From positions 1-64,000 of the forward strand of contig NIVC01003816.1 of the NCBI GenBank assembly GCA_002269645.1: a stretch of DNA of 64,000 bases, given 5' to 3'. The position numbers and the translations under genes were made by a program. This document shows positions 33,595 to 47,849 of the stretch, piece by piece. A model generated the notes under the pieces. The model was not told the origin of the DNA. It saw only the letters and a list, made by a program, of their open reading frames with translations, and did not search any database. Positions within the stretch are counted from its first letter, which is position 1. Each line of letters starts with the position of its first letter. This stretch comes from Macrostomum lignano. Taxonomy: Eukaryota.

Positions 33595-34718
33595 TATACT
33601 CGGCAACATCGAAAAGTCGCCATTCCGGCTGTGGTCGCCACTTTTGAGAGTGCAGGTGAAGTCTCTCAATCTTTGCGAGTGAAGCAACTTCGCTACGCCG
33701 CGTCAGATTTGAGTTGACAAATGAAGTGGATTAAACAGTTTTCGGAATTACAGATAAGAGAACTGCGAGCCACCTAGCTTACCATACCTTACCTACCTAA
33801 TATCCGCCTACGTATTTTTTATTACAGAATAGTCAAAGAGAAATCGCTCACTGGCGCATGAAGTGAAGACTTTAAAAGTTCAAATACAATTATGTAAATT
33901 AAGGGTATCACTAGAAGCGCTCTTTTTTAAGTTTATTGCAGATATTCTTGACAGTTTGAGTGCACTATTTCAAAGTGGAAGTCCTAATCCTTGCTTTGGC
34001 GTTTGATAAATGTGGAAATTGAGGTGTCTGGGGCCCGTGCTATAGAATCAGGAGTTAGGAGTTAGAAGCTAGGACTCAAGACTACTCTTGACAAGGAGTG
34101 ATTGAATTTTGTGTGCTATAGATTTCAAGAGTTAAGAGTTAGGAGCTAGGAGTTCTAGCAAGGAGTGCAGCCTAGGGGTGGGGGTGTGTTCAAGGAGTGT
34201 TGCGCAATCGTTAAAGGATGATAGAGAAATTGTGTGCTATATCACAATCCTAACTTTACGCTCCTTAAGGATTGAATCTCGGAGTGAAAATGCAAATTGC
34301 TCAAAAAATATCATTTGTGAGAGCCGTCGCTGCACGCAAAGACGTTCTCTTTGGTGCGTTTAGTACAACTATAACTATAACCATAAAAGCCAGCTAGGAG
34401 CTAGGAGTTAGGGCACTCTTAAGGATTTAGGAGTTAAGAGTATTCTATAGCACGGGCCCCTGTGCTCAGCAAAATATACTCGACAACATTAAAAAGCCGC
34501 CACCTTGACTTTTGAGCGACGCAACTTGCGCCACGCGTGGGTGAGGAGGGATTGGGAAGAGCGGAGGGCGAAGATTGGATGGATTGAAGCTTCCGCCCGG
34601 TTTTCATTGTTTTTTCAAGCATTTTTAATGTCAAAATGGTTGGCCAGGTGATGAGGCTGGTCGAAAGACACTGCTCACTGGGGCAAAGGGTGGCGACTTT
34701 TCAATGTTGCTGAGTATA
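33595..34718. mobile_element. ~1.1-kb non-autonomous DNA transposon with 28-bp TIRs
   Basis: tatactcggcaacatcgaaaagtcgcca versus tggcgacttttcaatgttgctgagtata. Ends are TA/TATA, and no ORF is present. Confidence 0.65.
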
Positions 34719-34769
34719 CATATGCAATGCGCTGGTTTAGTATGCAGCTTTGTTGAGCAATAGTCACTC

Positions 34770-35375
34770 ACTCACTCACTCACTCACTCACTCACTCACT
34801 CACTCACTCACTCACTCACTCATTCACTCACTCACTCACTCACTCACTCACTCACTCACTCACTCACTCACTCACTCACTCACTCACTCACTCACTCACT
34901 CACTCACTCACTCACTCACTCACTCACTCACTCACTCACTCACTCACTCACTCACTCACTCACTCACTCACTCACTCACTCACTCACTCACTCACTCACT
35001 CACTCACTCACTCATTCACTCACTCATTCACTCACTCACTCATTCACTCACTCACTCATTCACTCACTCACTCACTCATTCACTCACTCACTCATTCACT
35101 CACTCACTCATTCACTCACTCACTCATTCACTCACTCACTCATTTACTCACTCACTCATTCACTCACTCACTCATTCACTCACTCACTCATTTACTCACT
35201 CACTCACTCACTCATTCACTCACTCACTCATTCACTCACTCACTCATTCACTCACTCACTCATTTACTCACTCACTCACTCATTCATTCACTCACTCACT
35301 CACTCACTCACTCACTCACTCACTCACTCACTCACTCACTCACTCACTCACTCACTCACTCACTAACTCACTCAC
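34770..35375. repeat. (CACT)n tetranucleotide array with CATT variants
   Basis: Direct reading. Confidence 0.99.
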
Positions 35376-36052
35376 TCCCAAAAGCAGAAAGTACTCGGTC
35401 TTTAGCCAAGGTGATGAAAGCAATGAAATTAATTATATTTTGTATAGCTATTGAGGATAAAAGGAAATTTTGCGAAACTTCTACAGCAACAAAATAAAAT
35501 TGACTTCACTGGAGATTTCAAGCAATAAAATAACCAAGTGGAGAGATATGCCTACTACATTGAGCTCTCTATCGAACGGGATAAAATAGTAGAAATTGCA
35601 AAAATTTCAATAGTAACTAAAAATACGGTTTCTATGCTCAACTAAATGTAATTTTTAATGGATTTCTAACACAAATAATGCTATGATATTGTACCAGGAA
35701 AGCGGCTATAACTACGGGACTTGTGCTTTACTATGAATAGTAACCTGGTATTCTAATAGCTAGTCTGCTTGAATCAAATTTTCCTTACACTTCGCGCGTT
35801 AAAGATGAGAATCTTCCTTCCCTGGACTACTCTGATTGGTTGAGAGGAACAGGGAGGCTGTTTTATCGATCGATTGCGCGGACTATGAGCATGCAGTTAA
35901 GGGTAACGAGAGTCGAGGCTTGATAGCTCAGAGTTGTTTCAAATTTAAGCTTTTGGGAGCCGAAACATTGCGTTTTACAGCATGATAAACCTCATGTTAT
36001 TTATATAAAGACGGTTCAGCTGCCGGCAACAGAAGACTGAAATAATAAATTC

Positions 36053-39000
36053 TCAGCCGGCGGGGGCGGTGAAGTTGCCTGCCCAGTCGGGGTACTCGGT
36101 CATGTTGAACAGAGCCGTGCCGTAGGTCAGGCTGGCTCCGACCACCACCAAGCCGGACACGATAGTCAGCACGAAGCCGCTCTTGATCTGGGCGGAGTTG
36201 AAATTGTACATTGATAAAGCTATTTTTAGCATAGCGGAAAGCCATCCCTCTAGTCTTGGGTGGAGTTAATTGGTACATGTACACTGATAAGGCTATTTTT
36301 AGAATGGCCGAAAGCCATTCCCCCTAGTCCTGGGTGGACTGAACTTGTACATGTACATTGCTAAGTCTATTTTTAGCATAGCGGAAAGCCACCCCCCTAG
36401 ACCAGGGTGGGGCTAATTGGTACATGTACACCGATAAGGCTATTTTTAGCATAGGGGAAATTCAGAAGTGTTTTTTTAGAAAACTTCCATCTTAGACCCA
36501 ACTCTGTACACTCAGGAATTCTCGCGGCGATTCACATCCTCCCGAACCCTAAGATTCTGTAAACGCAGGCATTCCTGCGGCAATTTAGCTCGTACATTCT
36601 TCTAATCCCAAGACTGGCATGCACACTGAGGCGGCATCCTCCCAAGGACTCACCATGTCGGCCACGGTGAGATAGCCCTTAGAGAACACAATAGAATTCG
36701 GGGGCGTGGCCACGGGCAGATTGAAGGCCAGCGAGGCGGCGATGGTGCAGGGCAGCATCAGGGCCAGCGGGTTCATGCGGATGCTGCGGCACTGAAATTA
36801 TTCATAAATGTAAATCAAACGACAATCGCCTAGATGCTACTAGTGGTAACTGAATGAGGCTTACGAGATCAACCAGGATGGGCAGCAGGATGCTGGCTGT
36901 GGCGGTGTTCGAAGTGATCTCAGTGATGAAGGTGGTGCAATAGGTCACGATGAGCACCATCAGGGGCCGCGGCAGGGCGCCCAGCGGCTTCAGCTGGTCG
37001 CCGATCATCAGGGAGAGGCCCGACTCCTGCGGCGGAGGGATAGAACAGGTGACTCGTGTGACTAACAGGTGACTTGAGTGTTTAACAGGTGACTTAGTGA
37101 CTAACAGGAGACTTTAGTGACTAACAGGTGACTCGCGTGACTAACAGGAGACTTTAGTGACTAACAGGTGACTCGCATGACTAACAGGTGACTTGAGTGA
37201 CTAGCGGGTGACTTAAGTGACTAACAGGTGACTTGAGGGACCAACAGGTAGCTCGCGTGATTACAAGTGAATCGTATATGTATCATGTAAGTTTTATGCC
37301 TGCCGTATGATTTTGGTGTTTTTCGTCCAATGAAGAATTTTTTTAATAATTATAGCGGCTTGTATTGGATACTATACTGTATAATTGACTTCTTCATCTC
37401 AGGAAGCATAATTAGAGTCAATCAGTAGCAGGCCGGTCACCTTGGTGGCCTTGGCCAGGGCGAAGCCACCACCTAGCAGGATGACAATGCCCCAGGGCAG
37501 GCGCTCGTGCACGGCCTGCCAGGTCAACAGGGTGCTCGCCTGCGGGCGCGCCGCCGTCTCGTCCTCCTTGGCGGCGTCGTCGCCCTGTTGAGCCGTCGGC
37601 CTCCTCTTGAACGGATTTCTCGACGGCAGCACGAACAGCAGGATGGACATGAGCAGCGCCGGCTGGGCGTCAGACATGTACACTCGGGTGTCGCCGTCTC
37701 TGGTCTTTGTCGTGAACAGAGGGCTCCAGCCGGTGCGGCTGATCCACAGCAGCACCGTGGCGCCGAAAAGGATGATGCAGCTGACCTCCGGGAAGCTGCA
37801 AGGAGTGCGGTTCGAGATTGTAGGGTCCATCTAGTAGAGTCACAGGGTCCCCTAGTGAGGTCATACAGGACATGAAGTCTAAAGTCTACAGTATGGGTCT
37901 ACCAATGGTCGTTGCGTCTACTAATGAGTCATAGGGTCTATTAATATGAGTCATAGGGTCTACTAATATGAGTCATAGGGTCTACTAATATGAGTCATAG
38001 GGTCTACTAATGAGTCATAGGATCTTCTAATGAGTCATAGGGTCTACTAATGAGTCTAGGGTCTATTAATATGGGTCATAGGGTCTACTAATGAGTCATA
38101 AGGTCTTCTAATGAGTCATAGGGTCTTCTAATAAGTCTATAGTCTCTTAATATGAGTCATAGGGTCTACTAATGAGTCATAGGGTCTTCTAATGAGTCTA
38201 AGGTCTATTAATATGGTCATAGGGCCTACTAATGAGTCATAGAGTCTACTAAAGAGTCAAGGGTCTATTAATATGGGTCAAAGGGTCTATTAATGAGTCA
38301 TAGGGTCTTCTAATGAACCATAGGGTCTTCTAATGAGTCTAATGAGTCATACATCTAGGGTCTTCTAATGAGTCATAGGGTCTTCTAATGAGTCATACAT
38401 GTAGGGTCTTCTAATGAGCCATAGGGTCTACTAAAGACTCGAGGGTCTACTAATATGGGTCATAGTGTCTACTAATGAGCCATAGGGTCTTCTAATGAGT
38501 CATAGGGTCTATTAATTGGGTCATAGGTTCTAGTAAAATGGGTCATAGGGTCTACTTATAGGAACTATAGGGTCTTCTATGAAATCGTGGCGTCTTTCAT
38601 CTGGGTCACGAGGTATTTCCGAATCATGCCAGACAGCTGCAACGTTGCATGTGCATGTGATACCCCTGTCACTGATAATGCAGATCCCAGATCCTTTTAG
38701 AAACCAATCCGCAGAAAACTAAATTTTGTCCCGTCTCAAGACTGGGCCGCAGCCACTGCATTACTTTCGGGACATGGGGATGACAACAAAACTAAAAGTG
38801 CAGGCCATCAGCTCACGTGATCGGTCCGAGTTTCTCGTACTGCGACTTCAGAGCCCGCTGCACAGCCTCAGCTTCTTCGGGGCTTTTGGCGCCGCCTCTG
38901 CACAAATTCCTGAGTAGTAATTGAGAGTAATTTACACTAATTACCTTTGAGAGCCTCAATTACGAGATTATTCAGGCAGTCAGGGCATGAATACTGATAA

Positions 39001-42000
39001 TGGAAAACTGACGGTGGGATTACTATAGTTATGAATTAAGTTAATTAACAATCAGTCAAATCGGAAATGAGTCTTGTCATAGAGGAATCTGATCATGGCT
39101 AGTTATATCTGGTCATAGTTGAATCTGGTCATAAATTAATTCGTTTATAAGCTAATTTGATCGCTAAGCAACTTAGTCATAAATTAACCTGGCCATAAAT
39201 GATTCGGTCATAGAAAAGTCTGTTTATAGATAAATAAGTATGGTCAAAGATGAATCTGGTCACAGCTGAATCTGGTCATGGATGAAGCTGATGATAATGA
39301 ATCTGGTCATAGATGAATCTGGTCATAGATGAATCTGGTCATGGATGAAGCTGATGATAATGAATCTGGTCAAAGATGAAGCTGGTTATAGATGAATCTG
39401 ATGATAGATGAATCTGGTCATGGATGAAGCTGATGATAATGAATCTGGTCAAAGATGAAGCTGGTTATAGATGAATTTGATGATAGATGAATCTGGTCAT
39501 GGATGAATCTGGTTATAGATGAATCTGGTCATAGATGAATCTGGTCATAGATGAATCTGGTCATAGATGAATCTGGTCATAGATGAATCTGGTCATAGAT
39601 GAATCTGGTCATAGATGAATCTGGTCATTGATGAAGCTGGTCATAGATGAATCTGGTCATAGATGAATCTGGTCATAGATGAATCTGGTCATAGATGAAT
39701 CTGGTCATAGATGAATCTGGTCATAGATGAATCTGGTCATAAATTAATAAGCAGGACAAGAGCAAAGAAGCCGCACCTCGGTCCCAAGAAGAGGAACTGC
39801 AGCCAGATCCAGGCCAGCAGCAGGCAGCTGATCGATATGGGAAAGGCGAACAGAAACCAGGAGCCAAAATTGAACGGCGTTTTGTTGCCAAAGTTGGTTG
39901 CCAGATTGTTGTTAAGAACAAGATTCGGCGGCGTCCCAGTCAGCGTCGGCGTCCCGCCGTAGTTGGCGCTGTAGGCCACGGCGATGGTGAGCATCTTGCA
40001 GATGCCGCGGAACTCCACGTTCTCCGGCTGTTGAATGTACTGCAGCACGGTGAACTGCTGCTGCTGGCTGGGCTGCTGCCCGTTGCTGTGACTCTGGTCC
40101 GATTTTGGCTCCACAGACACCTGCAAGTTTATGGCTGATTTCTGACTACTGGCAGATCCCTGATCTTCATGCAGTAGGGCAGCCCCTGATCTTCATGCAG
40201 TAGGGCAATCCCAGATCTTCATGCAGTAGGGCAGCCCCTGATCCCCATGCAGTAGGGCAGCCCCTGATCCCCATGCAGTAGGGCAGCCCCTGATCTTCAT
40301 GCAGTAGGGCAGCCCCTGATCTTCATGCAGTAGGGCAGCCCCTGATCTTCATGCAGTAGGGCACCCCTGATCTTCATGCAGTAGGGCAATCCCAGATCTT
40401 CATGCAGTAGGGCAGCCCCTGATCCCCATGCAGTAGGGCAGCCCCTGATCCCCATGCAGTAGGGCAGCCCCTGATCTTCATGCAGTAGGGCAGCCCCTGA
40501 CCCCCATGCAGTAGGGCAGCCCCTGATCTTCATGCAGTAGGGCAATCCCAGATCTTCATCCTGATTCCTTACACTTAGCAGACCCCACGACCCCCTACCA
40601 AGCCTTGCATGGACCCCTACCAAGCCTTTCATGGACCCCCAGCAGGCCTGCCGGACCCCATCCAGCCGCACGCACCATGGGCACCGCAGCGGACTCATCC
40701 GCGATCCCGTCGGCCCCATCGGCAGCCGCCTTGGCAGCCTCAGCCTTGCGCAGCTGATCGTACACCATGAGCTCCTGCAGCACCGCGTCAACAATCGGCA
40801 GCATCATGGCGGCCGTGGCGGTGTTGGATATCCACATGGACATGAACCAGGTGGGCAGCATGAAGCCCAGGAGCAGCCAGCGGGGCTGCACACCGACCAG
40901 CTGCAGCACCAGCAGCGCCATCCGTCGGTGCAGATTCCAGAATTCCACGCTGATTGCCAGCATCAGGCCGCCTATGAACAGCATGTTGGAGTCCTGCGGG
41001 TGCGGCGGGGTCGGTTCGGGATTAGACTGCCGATCCTCCGCCCTCAGATGCTTTAGTATTCCGCCCTCAGATGCTTTAGTATTCCGCCCTCAGATGCTTT
41101 AGTATTCCGCCCTCAGATGCTTTAATATTCCGCCCTCAGATGCTTTAGTATTCCGCCCTCAGATGCTTTAGTATTCCGCCCTCAGATGCTTTAGTATTCC
41201 GCCCTCAGATGCTTCAGTATTCCGCCCTCAGATGCTTTAATATTCCGCCCTCAGATGCTTTAGTATTCCGCCCTCAGATGCTTTAGTATTCCGCCCTCAG
41301 ATGCTTTAGTATTCCGCCCTCAGATGCTTTAGTATTCCGCCCTCAGATGCTTTAGTATTCCGCCCCTCCGCCCTCAGATGCTTTAGTATTCCGCCCCTCC
41401 GCCCTCAGATGCTTTAGTATTCCGCCCTCAGATGCTTTAGTATTCCGCCCCTCCGCCCTCAGATGCTTTAGTATTCCGCCCCTCCGCCCTCAGATGCTTT
41501 AGTATTCCGCCCTCAGATGCTTTAGTATTCCGCCACCCCACCCTCAGATACTTTAGTATTCCGCCCCTCCGCCCTCAGATGCTTTAGTATTCCGCCACCC
41601 CACCCTCAGATACTTTAGTATTCCGCCCCTCCGCCCTCAGATGCTTTAGTATTCCGCCCCTCCGCCCTCAGATGCTTTAGTATTCCGCCCCTCCGCCCTC
41701 AGATGCTTTAGTATTCCGCACCTCCGCTCTCAAATACACTGTACTTAAGTATTCTGCCCCTCCGCTCTCAAATACTTTAGTATTCCGCCCCTCCGCCCTC
41801 AAAAACTTTAGTATTCCGCCCCTCCGCCCTCAGCTTCGTTAGTATTGTGCCCCTCCTAAACTGTTAAAAATTTTTTCAGAATTCGTTCTGCTCAACTCTT
41901 AGAAAACATGCATTTTGAGCAGTAGAGCAGGCGCGGGTCGAACTTACCGAGAAATAAGCCGGGCAGAGAACTTTCGATGGGATGATTTTAAAAGCTGGCG

Positions 42001-44529
42001 CGAGCACCACGGGGATCAGAGCCGTGACGCCGATGGGCAGGGATTCCGTCACCCAGTACACCGCCATGATCAGCAGCATGTAGGCCACTCGCGCCTCCTG
42101 GGGATTTGAGGGATTTTAGCCGGCAATGAGGCCAGCAAAGTGCCAGTTGTAAAGTGCAAATCATGATTGAGCCCGATTGGTAAACTCCTCGCATTCACAT
42201 AGCTGAACTCATCTGGCAGCAGCAGCCTAGAAGTGGGATTGGCGCCAGACTCATCTCATTCCCTAGTAGCTTATAATTAGGATTGGCGCCAGACTCATCT
42301 CATTCCCCAGTAACTTAGAATTAGGATTGGCGTCAGACTCATCTCATTCCCCAATAGCTTACAATTAGGATTGGCGCCAGACTCATCTCATTCCCCAATA
42401 GCTTACAATTAGGATTGGCGCCAGACTCATCTCATTCCCCAGTAGCTTAGAAGTGGGATTGGCGCCAGACTCATCTCATTCCCCAGTAGCTTAGAATTAG
42501 GATTGGCGCCAGACTCATCTCATTCCCCAGTAACTTAGAATTAGGATTGGCGTCAGACTCATCTCATTCCCCAGTAGCTTAGAATTAGGATTGGCGCCAG
42601 ACTCATCTCATTCCCCAGTAGCTTATACTTAGGATTGGCGCCAGACTCATCTCATTCCCCAGTAGGTTAGAATTAGGATTGGCGTCAGACTCATCTCATT
42701 CCCCAATAGCTTATAATGAGGATTGGCGCCAGACTCATCTCATTCCCTAGTAGCTTATAATTAGGATTGGCGCCAGACTCATCTCATTCCCCAGTAGCTT
42801 AAAAGTGGGATTGGCGCCAGACTCATCTCATTCCCCAATAGCTTATAATTAGGATTGGCGCCAGACTCATCTCATTCCCCAGTAGCTTAGAATTAGGATT
42901 GGCGCCAGACTCATCTCATTCCCCAATAGCTTACAATTAGGATTGGCGCCAGACTCATCTCATTCCCCAGTAGCTTATAATTAGGATTGGCGCCAGACTC
43001 ATCTCATTCCCCAGTAGCTTATAATTAGGATTGGCGCCAGACTCATCTCATTCCCCAGTAGCTTAGAATTAGGATTGGCGTCAGACTCATCTCATTCCCC
43101 AATAGCTTATAATTAGGATTGGCGCCAGACTCATCTCATTCCCCAGTAGCTTAGAATTAGGATTGGCGCCAGACTCATCTCATTCCCCAGTAGCTTAGAA
43201 TTAGGATTGGCGCCAGACTCATCTCATTCCCCAGTAGCTTAGAATTAGGATTGGCGCCAGACTCATCTCATTCCCCAATAGCTTACAATTAGGATTGGCG
43301 CCAGACTCATCTCATTCCCCAGTAGCTTATAATTAGGATTGGCGCCAGACTCATCTCATTCCCCAATAGCTTAGAATTAGGATTGGCGCCAGACTCATCT
43401 CATTCCCCAGTAGCTTATAATTAGGATTGGCGCCAGACTCATCTCATTCCCCAGTAGCTTATAATTAGGATTGGCGCCAGACTCATCTCATTCCCCAGTA
43501 GCTTAGAATTAGGATTGGCGTCAGACTCATCTCATTCCCCAATAGCTTATAATTAGGATTGGCGCCAGACTCATCTCATTCCCCAATAGCTTACAATTAG
43601 GATTGGCGCCAGACTCATCTCATTCCCCAGTAGCTTAGAATTAGGATTGGCGCCAGACTCATCTCATTCCCCAGTAGCTTAGAATTAGGATTGGCGCCAG
43701 ACTCATCTCATTCCCCAATAGCTTACAATTAGGATTGGCGCCAGACTCATCTCATTCCCCAGTAGCTTATAATTAGGATTGGCGCCAGACTCATCTCATT
43801 CCCCAATAGCTTAGAATTAGGATTGGCGCCAGACTCATCTCATTCCCAGTAGCTTATAATTAGGATTGGCGCCAGACTCATCTCATTCCCCAGTAGCTTA
43901 GAATTAGGATTGGCGCCAGACTCATCTCATTCCCCAATAGCTTACAATTAGGATTGGCGCCAGACTCATCTCATTCCCCAGTAGCTTATAATTAGGATTG
44001 GCGCCAGACTCATCTCATTCCCCAGTAGCTTAGAATTAGGATTGGCGTCAGACTTATCTTATTCCCCAGTAGCTTAGAATTAGGATTGGCGCCAGACTCA
44101 TCTCATTCCCCAGTAGCTTATAATTAGGATTGGCGCCAGACTCATCTCATTCCCCAGTAGCTTAAAAGTGGGATTGGCGCCAGACTCATCTCATTCCCCA
44201 ATAGCTTATAATTAGGATTGGCGCCAGACTCATCTCATTCCCCAGTAGCTTATAATTAGAATTGGCGCCAGACTCATCTCATTCCCCAGTAGCTTAGAAT
44301 TAGGATTGGCGCCAGACTCATCTCATTCCCCAGTAGCTTAGAAGTGGGATTGGCGCCAGACTCATCTCATTCCCCAGTAGCTTAGAAATGGGATTGGCGC
44401 CAGACTCACCGGCCTCGGCGCCAGAATCGGCAGCGGAGAGAACAGGATCGGCGCCAGACAGAACACGAGCAGTTTTCTCCAGCGCCAGATGACGCTGAGC
44501 CGCTGCGCACAGGTGGCGGTCTCGGGCAT
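36053..44529 (-). CDS. SLC13A: SLC13/INDY Na+-coupled di/tricarboxylate (or sulfate) cotransporter, 9 exons, 604 aa
   Basis: Exons 44529-44410, 42097-41948, 40993-40676, 40120-39777, 38909-38817, 37795-37441, 37026-36865, 36791-36654, 36187-36053 are all GT-AG and in phase (1815 nt). Motifs: YWVTESLP, LFIGG, WISNTAT, GTPPN, PWGIVILLGGGFALA, TSNTAT, LPVATPPN. Confidence 0.95.
36200..36450. repeat. ~65-bp degenerate tandem repeat in SLC13 intron 8
   Basis: Repeated tgtaca(t/c)tgataaggctatttttagcatagcggaaagcca. Confidence 0.8.
37045..37255. repeat. ~20-bp repeat (gactaacaggtgact..) in SLC13 intron 6
   Basis: Direct reading. Confidence 0.88.
37915..38570. repeat. ~20-bp repeat (ctaatgagtcatagggtct[a/t]) in SLC13 intron 5
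   Basis: Direct reading. Confidence 0.92.
39240..39740. repeat. 16-bp repeat (gatgaatctggtcata) in SLC13 intron 4
   Basis: Direct reading. Confidence 0.95.
40155..40560. repeat. 26-bp repeat (gatcttcatgcagtagggcagcccct) in SLC13 intron 3
   Basis: Direct reading. Confidence 0.95.
41030..41835. repeat. 23-bp repeat (tccgccctcagatgctttagtat, with 29-bp variants) in SLC13 intron 2
   Basis: Direct reading. Confidence 0.96.
42235..44409. repeat. 44-bp minisatellite, ~49 copies, filling SLC13 intron 1 and containing its donor site
   Basis: Unit aggattggcgccagactcatctcattccccagtagcttagaatt. The terminal copy reads gactcac, which is the donor GTGAGTC on the sense strand. Confidence 0.97.
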
Positions 44530-45037
44530 GTCAAAAAGCCTAATAAGAAAAGCGTAAACATGGTCATCAACAGTTTCTTTCCCCGGGATTTACGAGCTAA
44601 AAGCAGGCTCATTTCCTTCTTCAGTCCACCTTCAGATTGAAAAAAATTAGGTACGCACCTGCATGCCAGGCTTAAAAATGGCCCCACACTAAAAAGTGCA
44701 AACGGATTCCGCGTGGGGAAGCAGGGAAGAGAATTTCCCTGTAGTGTATTTTTGGCGTCGCCGTTTGGGCTGAGGCAGGGAGGAGGGGGGGTGGGTTCAG
44801 AGCAATGTCAGACATCTAGGCTGGCGCGGGGTGGTGGCACTGATGGCGTGCGTGACAAACTGGCAGTGAGCGCGAACTGGGGGAAAGCAACTGCTGCTGC
44901 GGGGCAGGCATGAAGCTGCTTTCAGTCAAAGCCATCTACCCCACCCTCTTCCGTCACTGTTTTCTTGTCTGGTACTGTTGCCAGATCAGGTCCTCATCTC
45001 TGATCCTCAGGGGAAACAATCGTGCGTTTGTTTAAAT

Positions 45038-45262
45038 CAGGGGTCGGCATACCCCGGCCCGCCAAGCCTCTCTATCCGGTCCTCGGGTACTTTGAAACTT
45101 CGCAATCCGGCAATCCGGCCCGCTCAAGGTTTAAGTCTCTTCTCAACCCTCCTCTCCCTTCTCTCCTCTCTTCTATCCCATCTCCTCTCCTCTCTTCTCT
45201 TCGATTCCCTCTTATCTTTCCCTTCCATCTGGCCCTTGAGGCAAAAGGTTTGCCAACCCCTG
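45038..45262. mobile_element. 225-bp hAT-superfamily MITE
   Basis: TIR caggggtcggca / tgccaacccctg, with a perfect 8-bp TSD gtttaaat (45030-45037, 45263-45270) and subterminal cggccc motifs. Confidence 0.88.
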
Positions 45263-45394
45263 GTTTAAATGCATTCATTCAGATTGATTTTCACTTCAGT
45301 CTCTGAGCACTGCGGCTCTTTGAAAGCCGCTTTCATCCCTTTTGAGCCAGTACAAAGCTTTATGAAAACTACGTCGTAACATTGTGTTTGACAG

Positions 45395-46585
45395 ACACAT
45401 GGTCTCACACATGAGATGAAGGATGCTTAGTCTCCTTCATGAGATGAAAGACACTTAGTCTCACACATGAGATGAAGGACACTTAGTCTCACACATGAGA
45501 TGAAGGACACTTAGTCTCACACATGAGATGAAGGACACTTAGTCTCACACATGAGATGAAGGACACTTAGTCTCACACATGAGATGAAGGACACTTAGTC
45601 TCACACATGAGATGAAGGACACTTAGTCTCACACATGAGATGAAGGACACTTAGTCTCACACATGAGATGAAGGACACTTAGTCTCACACATGAGATGAA
45701 GGACACTTAGTCTCACACATGAGATGAAGGACACTTAGTCTCACACATGAGATGAAGGACACTTAGTCTCACACATGAGATGAAGGACACTTAGTCTCAC
45801 ACATGAGATGAAGGATACTTAGTCTCACACATGAGATGAAGGACACTTAGTCTCACAGATTAGATTAAGGACACTTAGTCTCACAGATTAGATGAAGGAC
45901 ACTTAGTCTCACACATGAGATGAAAGACACTTAGTCTCACCCGAGATGAAGGACACTTAGTCTCATACATGAGATGAAGGACACTTAGTCTCACACACGA
46001 GATGAAGGACACTTAGTCTCACACATGAGATGAGGGACACAGTCTCACACATGAGATGAAGGACACTTAGTCTCACACATGAGATGAAGGACACTTAGTC
46101 TCACACATGAGATGAAGGACACTCAGTCTCACACATAAGATGAAGAACACTTAGTCTCACACATGAGATGAAGGACACTTAGTCTCACACATGAAATGAA
46201 GGACACTTAGTCTCACACATGAGATGAAGGACACAGTCTCACACATGAGATGAAGGACACTTAGTCTCATACATGAGATGAAGGACACTTAGTCTCACAC
46301 ATGAGATGAAGGACACTTAGTCTCACACATGAGATGAAGGACACAGTCTCACACATGATATGAAGGACACTTAGTCTCATACATGAGATGAAGGACACTT
46401 AGTCTCACACATGAGATGAAGGACACTTAGTCTCACACATGAGATGAAGGACACTTAGTCTCACACATGAGATGAAGGACACTCAGTCTCACACATAAGA
46501 TGAAGAACACTTAGTCTCACACATGAGATGAAGGACACTCAGTCTCACACATAAGATGAAGAACACTTAGTCTCACACATGAGAT
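45395..46585. repeat. 28-bp minisatellite (catgagatgaaggacacttagtctcaca), ~42 copies
   Basis: Direct reading. Confidence 0.97.
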
Positions 46586-46670
46586 ATAAGATTATATATA
46601 AGTGGTAAAGTTAAAATAAATAGTTCCAATAAGCCCTTGCAAGCTATCCAAAGCGCATGCGGAGGCTTAC

Positions 46671-46730
46671 CTGAACTTCTGTTTACGAAAGTCTTGAAAG
46701 TGTTTGAGTCGTCTCTTCTAATTAAAGGAT
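46671..46730 (-). other. Candidate non-coding 5'-UTR exon of SLC13
   Basis: Flanked by ctacag| and CAG|gtaagc. An acceptor ttattag| lies 10 nt before the SLC13 ATG. The exon is not in frame with the CDS. Confidence 0.3.
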
Positions 46731-47849
46731 CTGTAGCGCTCACGAAATCCTTAGCAAGGATATCCTATTTTTAAGCTGTAGGAGTAACCCAGTGATTTAT
46801 CTACCGAACAAATGTGGGATCGGATGGGCGATTCAGCTAGGTGAGGTGGATGAGGGGTGACTTGGCGAGATTCGCTGACTGGCTGGAGGGCGAGGAAGGG
46901 GGCGACAGATTAGAAGGGGAGAAACCACTGGGATGGAGGGAGAATGGGGTGGTGAACGGCGATCCCAAATCGATTCGCCTCAGTCATGAGGGTGTAGGGG
47001 GGGGGGGGGAGGGAGTCCTCCAGTTCTATCCATGGCTCAGCAGTGTACAGCCTGGGGCAGTAGCAGGGATGTACAGTGCCAGCGTCTGGGCATCTAATAT
47101 TGTTAGGCAGCCCGCGGGGGTGCCAGCACTAAGCGTCCACTGCGCTTAGGAAAAAGAAGTTTTGTGCTTACTTTTTAGATAACTGCTAGCTATGCAAACT
47201 CAAGGCAAGAAATAGTTGTCCGTGTGTACTAGCAACTCTTGGGCAGTGGAAAAGAAGTACATTGTGCAGTTTCAGTTTTGATGCTCTTAAAGCAGACGAT
47301 GCTAATAATTATTAAATGTACATGCAGGAGCGTGTGACAGCTGCTCGATGCCATCTGCAAAGATTGACTCGGTGTTTGGCCTATAGAGTGAGTGGGACTT
47401 ACTGCAAACATTGTTAGGAGATGCGCTTGCACCATAGACAGATGTGAGTTGCAGCACGCTGGAGCATTCCTTTTTTTGTTCAGTAGCATTTATTTCACCG
47501 AGTTTAAGCTGATATAAAACTGCTTGAAAACTAGAAAACTTATTAAACTAAAAAAATTAGACGAAAAACTTGAAGGCTCAAGTTTACTTTCTCCGACTGT
47601 ATAAGCGAAAAAAATAATAAGCACAGTCTGTAATTCATAATCTTATCGGCGAATAAATTGCACTTTTAATTAAAGTTGATAGATACAAAATTTAAAAAGC
47701 AAAAAACTGGAGCTAAGCAAAGAAATGTTAAAGCAGGTAAGTAACAGTTATTAGTCTGGAAAACATACTGAGTTTGATGATGCTATGAATTTAGCAGCTA
47801 TGCCTACTAGCATTCCTGGAAATAAACTGTAAAAACAATGCGCAACACA

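Noticed and set aside
42235-44409. CRISPR-like look: conserved ~30-bp block alternating with a variable ~14-bp block
   Set aside because: The variable parts are point variants of one sequence, not unique spacers. There are no cas genes and the context is a eukaryotic intron. The same applies to the 24540 and 18225 arrays.
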